64,000 nt of DNA from Microcystaceae cyanobacterium (lineage in GTDB: Bacteria > Cyanobacteriota > Cyanobacteriia > Cyanobacteriales > Microcystaceae). Each line of letters begins with the position of its first letter. The first letter of the stretch is position 1. Of the stretch, positions 1 through 8,173 are shown one piece after another. Made by a program: the position numbers and the translations under genes. The notes beneath the pieces were generated by a model, which had not been told where the DNA came from, did no database searches, and saw only the letters and a program-made list of their open reading frames with translations. The stretch covers positions 1 through 64,000 of the forward strand of contig JBGTGT010000098.1 of the NCBI GenBank assembly GCA_041746575.1, given 5' to 3'.

Positions 1-140
1 CCGAATCTATGGGCAATTACAAGGGATTTAGCCATTAATCTGTACCGAGAAGCGGGTTTTACGAATATGGCGCAAGCACAACGATTATGCAGTTATGGAC
101 TAAAGCAGATTTTGGTACTTTTTAGAATGAAATAGCCCTG
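1..140 (+). mobile_element. 3' end of an ISAs1-family insertion sequence (transposase C-terminus 1..135 plus terminal repeat ending CCCTG)
   Basis: Frame 1 reads PNLWAITRDLAINLYREAGFTNMAQAQRLCSYGLKQILVLFRMK*, resembling cyanobacterial ISAs1 transposase C-termini. The stop is followed directly by CCCTG, the reverse complement of the CAGGG ISAs1 terminus. Confidence 0.75.
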
Positions 141-148
141 ACAAGATA

Positions 149-1852
149 GTGAGCAATGAATATATAGTAAAGTTGTTAGGGGAAATAATTGAGGATATTG
201 AGTGTGTTGTCTTAAATGCTTGCGATACTATTAATTTAGCTAAAGAATTGCACAAAAGAATCAATTATGTCATTGGGATGAATCGAGCGATTAAAGATCA
301 ATCAGCGATCGCCTTCTCTGAAGGATTCTATGATGGAATTGGAGCAGATTTGCCCTTTGAAAAATCGTTTAAAATGGGAAAATTGGCAATTTTGGCAATG
401 GTAGAGCGTCAAGATACACAAGGACGAAAATTTATCTTAGCGGATGATCAGAAGAAAATTATTGACCAACAAGGAAATGAGGTTCAAGATATAGAGTATC
501 ATATTCCTGTTTTATTTAAAAATACTATAGTAGAAACCTCCAAGGCAGCGGGATATTTATCGAATTTACAAGAAATCCTTTTAGAAGGATATGAAGATGA
601 TTTAAAAGAAGAAATTGAGGAATCTTATCAAATTGTTCTAGGGGAATTAAGAGCAAATAATCGAATTATTGAATCTTTAAAAGGAATGTCTGAATCAATT
701 TTGGAAGAAATGATTTGGCAATTCTATGAACAAAAGCCAGTTGATTTAGGGGAAAATTTACAACAAATCTCATGTTTACAATTGTTTATGGCTTTTTTTG
801 TTGTTATTCTCCAGCAGAAAAAGCAACGTAAAAGTTATCGACAAACTTTAAAAAAGTGGCTGAAAAAAGATGCAAAGGATTTAAGCAAAGTTTTAATAGC
901 AGTGGTTGAGCAGAGATTTAGTCAGGCAAATCAATCGTCACGAGTCTTAGATGAACCTTTGCAAGTCTTATTATTAGTGGTGACAGAAATACAGCAAGAA
1001 TTTAAACTAGATGCTTGGTTAATTAAAGATATTAAAAAGTACCAATCTATGACCGATCAAGACGAAGCATCAATCCTCTGTCAAAAATTAACAGACAAGG
1101 AAATGCTTAATTTAGGTAAACCCTTAAATCTGGAAATACTAAAAGATTTTATTTTAAAATACAAGTTCCATTCATTCAAGCAAATAAAAATATTTTTACC
1201 CTATCAAGTTATTGCCAACATAGAAAAGGAAACAAAAACGATAGATTTGTTGGAAACTCCAACCGCAATATCAAGACTTTCTCCTGTTCCTTTAGGAAGG
1301 GATTACGAAATTGTCTTAGGGATTTCAGAGCGATTATCTGATAATGAACAGCATAAAAGATGGCTAGAAAAATACAAAATGTTAATTCCTATTCAAGAAA
1401 AATCAATAAGGCAATACATTATTTCTGAATCTGAATTACAACAGAAAATGGAAGCGGGGGAATTATCGCGTAGAACCCCCTTTGTCTTGTGTAAAAAGTT
1501 AGAAGATTTTAATATTGATACTTTGTATAAATATCATAATTCAGTTGCAGTAATCGGTTCTCGATTAACCCATTTGTGTTTATGTAGCGATCATTTAGAA
1601 ACGATTTTACCAATCATCTATTATACTGGAGTCCCCTTAATGCTCTGGATTCGTTCCCATGCAGAGGAAACTTTACATTCATCAGCAGATTTTGAGAACA
1701 TTTGTGATTGTCAATTTAAAGATTTACCTCGCATAATTAAAGCGCAACGGGAATCTGCTTATGGGATAACCTCCCATCTCGGCCATCATTTATCATTAAT
1801 CTTAGATGATGCGAACTTACTGCCACCTCCCTATAGATTAAGGATGGCCTAG
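149..1852 (+). pseudogene. CHAT (caspase-like)-domain / VMAP-C protein of a vWA-MoxR ternary system, probably 5'-truncated by the IS
   Basis: ECVVLNAC..YVIGMN..AIAFSEGFY is the second half of a CHAT domain; the upstream His-containing motif is absent. The C-terminal GVPLMLWIR...LGHHLSLILDDANLLPP resembles VMAP-C. The open frame begins at the IS boundary. Confidence 0.7.
305..312. repeat. HIP1 octamer GCGATCGC (one of many, e.g. 11856, 18574, 19502, 31804, 58741)
   Basis: Recurrent GCGATCGC palindrome in AT-rich DNA, the cyanobacterial HIP1 signature. Confidence 0.9.
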
Positions 1853-1860
1853 TGTATGGG

Positions 1861-1887
1861 AGAAGTTAGAAATCAGAAGTCAGAAGT
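1861..1887 (+). repeat. Short heptamer tandem repeat (AGAAGTC-like)
   Basis: AGAAGTT AGAAATC AGAAGTC AGAAGT; a related GGAAGTC array lies at 5345-5377. Confidence 0.6.
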
Positions 1888-1980
1888 AAAACTTATTGAG
1901 TTCAATTTTTCCGATCATTAACTTAACTGATTACATCAGAAACCGTTATCAACTCTATTAACTTAAAGTAAATCCTAATT

Positions 1981-3003
1981 ATGACTGATGCTCAATGGCA
2001 AATTTTTACGGGAGAACCGAAGAAAACAGGTGATGCTCCACCGAAACTCCCTTCTGCACCGAGTTGGCGTTCTTTTGGGAAAAGTCGTCGTCAATCGAAG
2101 GGAGAAAAATTTCAAATTATTGATGATACGCAAATAAAAATGGTGAATGCGGCGTTATATTTACGTCGTCCTTTATTGGTCACAGGAAAACCGGGAACGG
2201 GAAAATCTTCAATTGCTTACAAAGTGGCGGAAGAACTCGAATTAGGAGAAGTCTTATACTGGCCGATTACAACTCGGACGACCTTAAAAGATGGACTATA
2301 CAATTATGATGCCATTGGTCGTTTACAGGAAGTAAAATTTAGAGAACAAGTTGAAGGGAAATTAACCCAAAAACAACAACAAGAACAATTAAAACAGATT
2401 GGCAAATATATCACACTGGGTCCCCTTGGAACAGCATTATTAAAGTCTAAAAAACCAAGGGTATTATTAATTGATGAAATTGATAAAAGTGATATTGATT
2501 TACCCAATGATTTGTTAACATTGTTTGAGGAGGGATTTTTTGAAATTCCTGAATTAGAGAGAATCAAAGAGGAAGTGGGAGAAGTAAGGGTAAGAACGGC
2601 GTATAAAGATGAAAATAATGAAACAACGGGAAAAGATCGAGAATTTCCAATTGAAGAAGGTTTAGTGTCTTGTGAAGAGTTCCCTTTTGTTATTTTAACC
2701 AGTAATGGAGAAAGGGATTTTCCGCCGCCATTTTTGCGTCGTTGTTTGCGTTTAACGATGAAACCGCCCAATGAAGATGAATTAAAGCGAATTATCACAG
2801 CGCACTTAGAAGAAGAGATTACTTTAAGGGAAGATGTTAAAAAATTGATTAAAGCTTTTCTGGGAAAACGAGATAAAGAAACGTTGGCAACTGATCAATT
2901 ATTAAATGCGCTTTTTTTAGTAAAAGAAGGTAAAATTCCCACTGATGAAAAGTTAATCGACTTAATTCTCAAAGATTTGGGGGCAATCGAAGATGACCTC
3001 TAA
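1981..3003 (+). CDS. MoxR-family AAA+ ATPase (ternary conflict-system type)
   Basis: Walker A GKPGTGKS, Walker B VLLIDEIDK, SDIDLPNDLL and TSNGERDFPPPFLRRC. Confidence 0.9.
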   Translation: MTDAQWQIFTGEPKKTGDAPPKLPSAPSWRSFGKSRRQSKGEKFQIIDDTQIKMVNAALYLRRPLLVTGKPGTGKSSIAYKVAEELELGEVLYWPITTRTTLKDGLYNYDAIGRLQEVKFREQVEGKLTQKQQQEQLKQIGKYITLGPLGTALLKSKKPRVLLIDEIDKSDIDLPNDLLTLFEEGFFEIPELERIKEEVGEVRVRTAYKDENNETTGKDREFPIEEGLVSCEEFPFVILTSNGERDFPPPFLRRCLRLTMKPPNEDELKRIITAHLEEEITLREDVKKLIKAFLGKRDKETLATDQLLNALFLVKEGKIPTDEKLIDLILKDLGAIEDDL

Positions 3004-5917
3004 TGCGCATATAGACATTGATAAGCTATTAAAAGTCTTGAAGCGGACGGGATTACTTCAACGATGGAATGCAGATGAAGAAGATATTTTAGATAGTCTA
3101 TGGTTAGCCGTACAAATGGGGGATACTGAAGGGAAAAAATGGGTAAAGACGCAAAAGATAGTTATTGATCTCCTCAATATTGAAATTTTTATTACTTTCG
3201 CTTGGTTATATATTCAACTGACTTTACTGATTATTAAAGAAATTCCCCGATTATGGTGGTTAACCCCTAAACGCTCTGTTTCCCAGACTATTTCTGATCA
3301 GGTGGCAGTGATCACAGAAAATGTGTCAACCCCAGAAATAGGTAAATCAGCCTCAAATCAACCAAAAGGTTTACCTTTTCAAGTTCCTGCGGCCTCAGCG
3401 ATTCAAAATCCCCTTGTTTTGAGTCGTGCCTTACGAGGGTTAAGACGAAAAGTCCCCTCGATGACTAAAACCATGATAGATGAAACGGCAACGGCTGAAC
3501 GCATTGCGGAAAGGGAAATGTGGATTCCTGTAACGAAACCCCAACCCGAACGATGGTTAACCCTAGAATTGGTCATAGAAGATACGAGATCCAGCTTTAT
3601 TTGGCGAGAATTGATTAATGATTTACAAAAACTCTTAGAAGTACAAGGCGCATTTCAAAATATTAGGACATGGCAGCTTTTTACCCCCGATCATGAAACC
3701 TTAAAACTACGCCGTTATCGTCGCAAGGGAAAAACCAGTCAACGGGAATATTTCTGTCGAGAGTTGCTTCATCCTCAACAACGGGGATTAGTGTTGCTGG
3801 TGAGTGATTGTGTCTCCCCGTTATGGGAGTCAGGATTAATTCATCCTTATCTTCAAAAATGGTCAGAGAAACAACCCTGCGCTATCCTACAGCTTTTTCC
3901 CGAAAGATTATGGAATAGTACGCAATTAACACGAGGAACGAAATATACCGCTATTTCAGACCGTCCAGCAGTGCCTAACCCTAAATTAACCTTAATTAAT
4001 CATCCGCAATGGTTGCCGATAGATTGGAATGATTCTGTGTTAGTACCCATTATTACCTTACAACCGTTCGTCCTTAAGCAATGGAGTGGTGTGATTGCTG
4101 GAAATGGAAAAGGACAAGTCACTTCTATCCTGTTCAATCTATCCTTTATTAAAGAAAAAGCACAAGAGAAAGAAAAAGACAATTCTGTAAAAGCAACTGA
4201 AAATTCAGAATCTGAACTGAAAACCGATGAAGTAACCGAAAAAGCTAATGCAATTGTCCAACAATTCTTTAACAATGCTTCCGAGAATGCGATTGAATTA
4301 GCCACAGTGATGGCAACCCTTCCCGTCAATATGTCGGTGGTTGACCTTGTGAGAAAGAGCTATCAAGGGGAAATGACCACAGAACCTGTTCATGTGGCAG
4401 AATTTTATATGGGAGGATTATTAACGCCGATTGGAGAAAACAAAGAGGGATACGATCAAGGGTATGACTTTGTGACAGGGGTGCGTCGGGTACTGAATAA
4501 AAGCATTAGTTCACGGCGCAATATCCGCATATTAGACCGAATTTCTGAGCAAATCGGCAAGGAAATTGATCGTCCGATTCGCAGTTTTAGAGGGCTTCTG
4601 GTTTATTTAGAAGACTATCCCGAAGATCAAGAAAAAGTGTTACCCTTTGCTCAAGTCGGGTTAGAAGTCCTGAAAAATCTGGGGGGAGATTTTGCGACCT
4701 ACGCTGAAGAAATAGAAAATAGACTTAAACCTTTAACACAACCGAATGAAAATGATAATATTAACCTAAAAATCGCTACTTTTGAGGTAGCAACGATAGA
4801 AGTCATCGAAACGCAGATATTTACCTTTACGGTGGCAACGCTACAATATCATTCCTCTAGTCGTTCTCTCCGTTCGACAAGAAAAAGACGATGGGAGATA
4901 AAACACCAAGAAAAACAAGCAGAAGGCATGATAGAAGCCTTAGATGACCAAGTTAACCTAGAATTAATGGAAATCCCCTCTGGAACATTTGTGATGGGGA
5001 CACCCGACGAAGAAATTGAAAGATTGGTGAAAAAGTTTAATTGGGACTATTTTAGAAGGGAAAAAGGGCAACATCTTGTAACTGTTCCCGCTTTCTATAT
5101 GGGGCGTTATCCCATCACCCAAGCACAATGGCGTATTATTGCTGAAGATACATCATTAAGGGTAGCAAGGGATCTCAACCCTGACCCATCAAGCTTTAAA
5201 GAAGACTATGAAGGAATAGATAGATGGCAAAGACCCGTAGAAAGCGTATCATGGTATGATGCCATTGAGTTTTGTGCCAGATTAAGTAAAAAAACAGGCA
5301 GAAATTATCGATTAGCCACCGAAGCAGAATGGGAATACGCTTGTAGAAGTCGGAAGTTGGAAGTCGGAAGTCGGAAGGAAGCAAACAATGTAAATGTAGG
5401 GGAGCAAGGTTTGCGCCCAAGTAGTAAAGCGTTAACGATAGAAGAATGGAATCGGAATTATCATCAACCGTTTCATTTTGGGGAAACCATCACAGGAGCG
5501 TTAGCGAATTATAATGTGACGTATCTATTTGCGGATGAAGAAAAAGGTACATATCGAGAACAGACAACCCCTGTGGGATATTTTAAGGTAGCCAATGAAT
5601 TTGGGTTGTATGATCTGCACGGCAATGTCTGGGAATGGTGTTTTGATCCTTGGCATGAGAGTTATGAAAGAGAAGATGTACCAAAAGATGGAACGGTATG
5701 GAATGAGAATAAGAATCAATATCAAGATGTTTTAATCAATACAAGTGAACTGCTTAAGAGTGTAGATCGTCGTGTAGTACGAGGTGGTTCTTGGTTCGTC
5801 TTTCCTTATCTTTGCCGTTCCGCCTACCGCGACTCTATCAATCCCGTTGTGGGCTACGATCTTCTCGGTTTTCGTGTTGTGTGCGCCTCCCCCAGCACTC
5901 TTTTGTACCAGAACTGA
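2993..5917 (+). CDS. SAV_2336-like vWA-type N-terminal domain plus C-terminal FGE-sulfatase (C-type lectin fold) domain; putative DGR target
   Basis: DSLWLA, IDETATAERIA, LVLLVSDCVSPLW and LQLFPERLW are typical of MoxR partner vWA proteins. RLATEAEWEYACR, FGLYDLHGNVWEWC and RGGSW...GFRVVC mark the FGE-sulfatase domain. Overlaps moxR by 11 nt. Confidence 0.85.
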   Translation: MTSNAHIDIDKLLKVLKRTGLLQRWNADEEDILDSLWLAVQMGDTEGKKWVKTQKIVIDLLNIEIFITFAWLYIQLTLLIIKEIPRLWWLTPKRSVSQTISDQVAVITENVSTPEIGKSASNQPKGLPFQVPAASAIQNPLVLSRALRGLRRKVPSMTKTMIDETATAERIAEREMWIPVTKPQPERWLTLELVIEDTRSSFIWRELINDLQKLLEVQGAFQNIRTWQLFTPDHETLKLRRYRRKGKTSQREYFCRELLHPQQRGLVLLVSDCVSPLWESGLIHPYLQKWSEKQPCAILQLFPERLWNSTQLTRGTKYTAISDRPAVPNPKLTLINHPQWLPIDWNDSVLVPIITLQPFVLKQWSGVIAGNGKGQVTSILFNLSFIKEKAQEKEKDNSVKATENSESELKTDEVTEKANAIVQQFFNNASENAIELATVMATLPVNMSVVDLVRKSYQGEMTTEPVHVAEFYMGGLLTPIGENKEGYDQGYDFVTGVRRVLNKSISSRRNIRILDRISEQIGKEIDRPIRSFRGLLVYLEDYPEDQEKVLPFAQVGLEVLKNLGGDFATYAEEIENRLKPLTQPNENDNINLKIATFEVATIEVIETQIFTFTVATLQYHSSSRSLRSTRKRRWEIKHQEKQAEGMIEALDDQVNLELMEIPSGTFVMGTPDEEIERLVKKFNWDYFRREKGQHLVTVPAFYMGRYPITQAQWRIIAEDTSLRVARDLNPDPSSFKEDYEGIDRWQRPVESVSWYDAIEFCARLSKKTGRNYRLATEAEWEYACRSRKLEVGSRKEANNVNVGEQGLRPSSKALTIEEWNRNYHQPFHFGETITGALANYNVTYLFADEEKGTYREQTTPVGYFKVANEFGLYDLHGNVWEWCFDPWHESYEREDVPKDGTVWNENKNQYQDVLINTSELLKSVDRRVVRGGSWFVFPYLCRSAYRDSINPVVGYDLLGFRVVCASPSTLLYQN
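5345..5418 (+). repeat. In-frame GGAAGTC heptamer array (5345-5377) and GTAG-REP-like palindrome (5396-5418) inside the FGE domain
   Basis: GTAGGGGAGCAAGGTTTGCGCCC closely matches the REPs flanking the RAYT gene at about 38-39.8 kb. Confidence 0.7.
5783..5896 (+). repeat. DGR-type variable region VR1
   Basis: 114-nt ungapped match to 7968-8081 with 21 differences, 19 of them at codon positions 1-2; invariant positions are nearly adenine-free. Confidence 0.85.
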
Positions 5918-6040
5918 CAAATGGGAATTTGTCGGGTGCGTCAAGGAAGAGTCCAGTTTGCTCCTGTGATGCTAATCGTATCCGAAAATAACCCGAAGTC
6001 AGTTAGCCTAGTAGGGAAACCAAACCGTTAGCTGGCTTCA
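5897..6040 (+). ncRNA. Putative structured RNA element directly 3' of VR1 (resembles DGR template-side spacer RNA)
   Basis: Stems: 5914-5935 (GGGA loop); 5897-5902 with 5947-5952; 5968-5982; and a 13-bp stem 5995-6007 with 6027-6039 enclosing GG-GAAA-CC. Mismatches are G-U on the + strand. Confidence 0.55.
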
Positions 6041-6048
6041 TCCTCAAA

Positions 6049-6111
6049 ATGGTTAAATTAATTATCCGAAAACGACAACGACAGGCACAGTCTTATTATC
6101 AGAAGTCTTGA
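6049..6111 (+). pseudogene. 20-codon stub duplicating the 5' end of the FGE gene at 7065
   Basis: MVKLIIRKRQRQAQSYY versus MVKILIRKRQRQAHYY; 26 nt identical (6064-6089 = 7080-7105). Confidence 0.75.
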
Positions 6112-6195
6112 CAAGTAACTTCGCAATTTGCTAAGATATAAATGTCCAATAATCTAGAGGAAGTAAAACAAGGATTGATAAAAAAATAATAACCT

Positions 6196-6495
6196 ATGCA
6201 CGTTATATCACAGTCCACCTTGAAAAAATTCTGGAAAATTCACCCAGAAGCAGAAGTTGGGTTACGCTATTGGTATAAGCTTACTGTGCAACATCAGTGG
6301 CGACATTTAGAGGATGTAAGAAATACATTTCCCTCAATTGATCGAGTTGGTAACTTTACTGTCTTCAATATTTCTGGTAATCACTATAGACTGATTACCT
6401 ATATCGACTGCCAAAACCAAAAAGTTTTTATCAGAGCGGTATTAACCCATGCTGAGTATGATAAAAATAAGTGGAAAAAGGATAGCTGGTATTAG
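6196..6495 (+). CDS. higB: Type II toxin, HigB family
   Basis: MHVIS..LKKFW..HP, VFNISGNHYRLI and VLTHAEYDK motifs; toxin-first gene order. Confidence 0.9.
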   Translation: MHVISQSTLKKFWKIHPEAEVGLRYWYKLTVQHQWRHLEDVRNTFPSIDRVGNFTVFNISGNHYRLITYIDCQNQKVFIRAVLTHAEYDKNKWKKDSWY

Positions 6496-6599
6496 TAAAT
6501 AAATTATACATTAACCCCTTAAGTTAAACTGTTAATTTAATTAAATCAAACTTGTCCACTTTTACTTAACTCTAGATTTTTAGAATTTTTTTTAAGGCT

Positions 6600-7001
6600 A
6601 TGCTAATTCAAGACCATTATACCCAATTATTACAGCAATTTCCACCTCGTCTTATTAAGTCAGATAAAGAGTTAGAAATCATGCAAGAAAGAGTTTATTC
6701 TTTTCTAGATAAACCTGAATTGATGCCAGATGAACAGGATTATTTGGATCTATTGGGTACATTAATTTATCAATATGAACAAACTCAAGACCTTATTCCT
6801 GATATTTATGGAGTAGAATTGTTAAAAGTTTTGATTGAAGAAAGAGGGCTAAAACAGAAAGACCTTGTTCCTGTTTTTAAAACTGAATCTATTGTTTCTG
6901 ATGTTCTCAATGGCAAACGAGACTTAAATAAGAAACATATTCAAAGATTAGCTAATTTTTTCAATCTATCTCCTGCTGTTTTTTTCCCTAAAGTTAATTA
7001 G
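6600..7001 (+). CDS. higA: Type II antitoxin, HigA family (Cro/C1 HTH)
   Basis: YLDLLGTLIYQYE and GLKQKDLVPVFKTESIVSDVLNGKR (HTH); lies downstream of higB. Confidence 0.9.
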   Translation: MLIQDHYTQLLQQFPPRLIKSDKELEIMQERVYSFLDKPELMPDEQDYLDLLGTLIYQYEQTQDLIPDIYGVELLKVLIEERGLKQKDLVPVFKTESIVSDVLNGKRDLNKKHIQRLANFFNLSPAVFFPKVN

Positions 7002-7064
7002 TTAGAACATAATCTAGTTTAGATTTGATTAAATCTTGGGTAATTTGTTCTTATCAATTCCAAA

Positions 7065-8087
7065 ATGGTAAAAATCCTGATCCGAAAACGACAACGACAG
7101 GCACATTATTACACCGAGACATTAGGTAATGGTGTCACCCTCGATATGATGCAAATCCCTTCTGGGATGTTTTGCATGGGAACGCCTTTAGCAGAAATTG
7201 AACGATTGTGTCAAGTGTATGGAGAGGAATGGTTTAGGGCAGAACACCCTCAACATTTGGTTACTGTTCCCTCTTTTTTTATGGGAAAAACCCCTATTAC
7301 ACAAGCCCAATGGCAAGCGATTTGTGAAGCAGATGCGGATTTAAGCATAGCTAAGGATCTGAAACCCGACCCATCATCTTTTAAAGAAGACTATAAAGAA
7401 ATAAATCGATGGCAAAGACCCGTAGAAAGTGTATCTTGGTATGATGCTCTCAAATTTTGTGCAAAGCTATCGAAAATAACAAAAAGAAATTACCGACTAC
7501 CTACCGAAGCCGAATGGGAATACGCTTGTCGCGCTGCTCCAATTCAAAATTTAGGGGAGCAGAATTTAAATTCAAGTGACGAAAAGTTATTAATAGAAGA
7601 ATGGAATCAGAATCGCTATCAACTATTTCATTTTGGCGAAACCCTATCAACAGATGTGGCAAACTACAGGGGAACAGATTGGGAATATGAAGGAAAAACC
7701 TATCCCAGTAACTTTGGAAGAGGGTTAAAAGGTACATATCGAAAACAGACAACCCCTGTGGGCTATTTTAAGGTAGCCAATGAATTTGGGTTGTACGATA
7801 TGCACGGAAATGTCTGGGAATGGTGTTTAGACTCGTGGCATGAGAATTATGAAAGAGAAGATGTACCAACAGACGGAACGGTATGGAATGAGAATAAGAA
7901 TCATTATCAAGATATTTTAGCTAATATAGATGAACTTCTCAGCATCAGTAGCTCTCATGTAATACGGGGTGGTTCTTGGTACTACCTTCCTAATCGATGC
8001 CGTTCCGCCTACCGCAACTATTACCTTCCCGATGTGGTCAACTTTAATCTCGGATTTCGTGTTGTGTGCGCCTCCCCCAGCCCTTAG
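7065..8087 (+). CDS. Stand-alone FGE-sulfatase (C-type lectin fold) protein; putative second DGR target
   Basis: RLPTEAEWEYACR, FGLYDMHGNVWEWC and RGGSW...GFRVVC; a close paralog of the C-terminus of the 2993-5917 gene. Confidence 0.9.
   Translation: MVKILIRKRQRQAHYYTETLGNGVTLDMMQIPSGMFCMGTPLAEIERLCQVYGEEWFRAEHPQHLVTVPSFFMGKTPITQAQWQAICEADADLSIAKDLKPDPSSFKEDYKEINRWQRPVESVSWYDALKFCAKLSKITKRNYRLPTEAEWEYACRAAPIQNLGEQNLNSSDEKLLIEEWNQNRYQLFHFGETLSTDVANYRGTDWEYEGKTYPSNFGRGLKGTYRKQTTPVGYFKVANEFGLYDMHGNVWEWCLDSWHENYEREDVPTDGTVWNENKNHYQDILANIDELLSISSSHVIRGGSWYYLPNRCRSAYRNYYLPDVVNFNLGFRVVCASPSP
7968..8081 (+). repeat. DGR-type variable region VR2
   Basis: Matches VR1 as described there; retains several AAC/AAT codons. 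The last 27 nt are identical to VR1 (IMH-like). Confidence 0.85.
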
Positions 8088-8173
8088 CCCTTTACACTCT
8101 TGCCCTCCGGCCAATTTTATGAATCTTATAGTACATATAAACTTATCAACAAACCCTAATTTCATCTGATAAT

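Noticed and set aside
5783..5896. VR1 or VR2 being the actual template repeat
   Set aside because: Each differs from the other at non-adenine positions (e.g. GTC versus TAC, TTT versus CTT), and neither is AAY-rich enough.
5732..8169. Short overlapping ORFs over both VRs (5732-5944, 5784-5969, 5791-5991, 7917-8165, 7969-8169)
   Set aside because: Likely by-products of the adenine-poor VR sequence, which has few stop codons in alternative frames.
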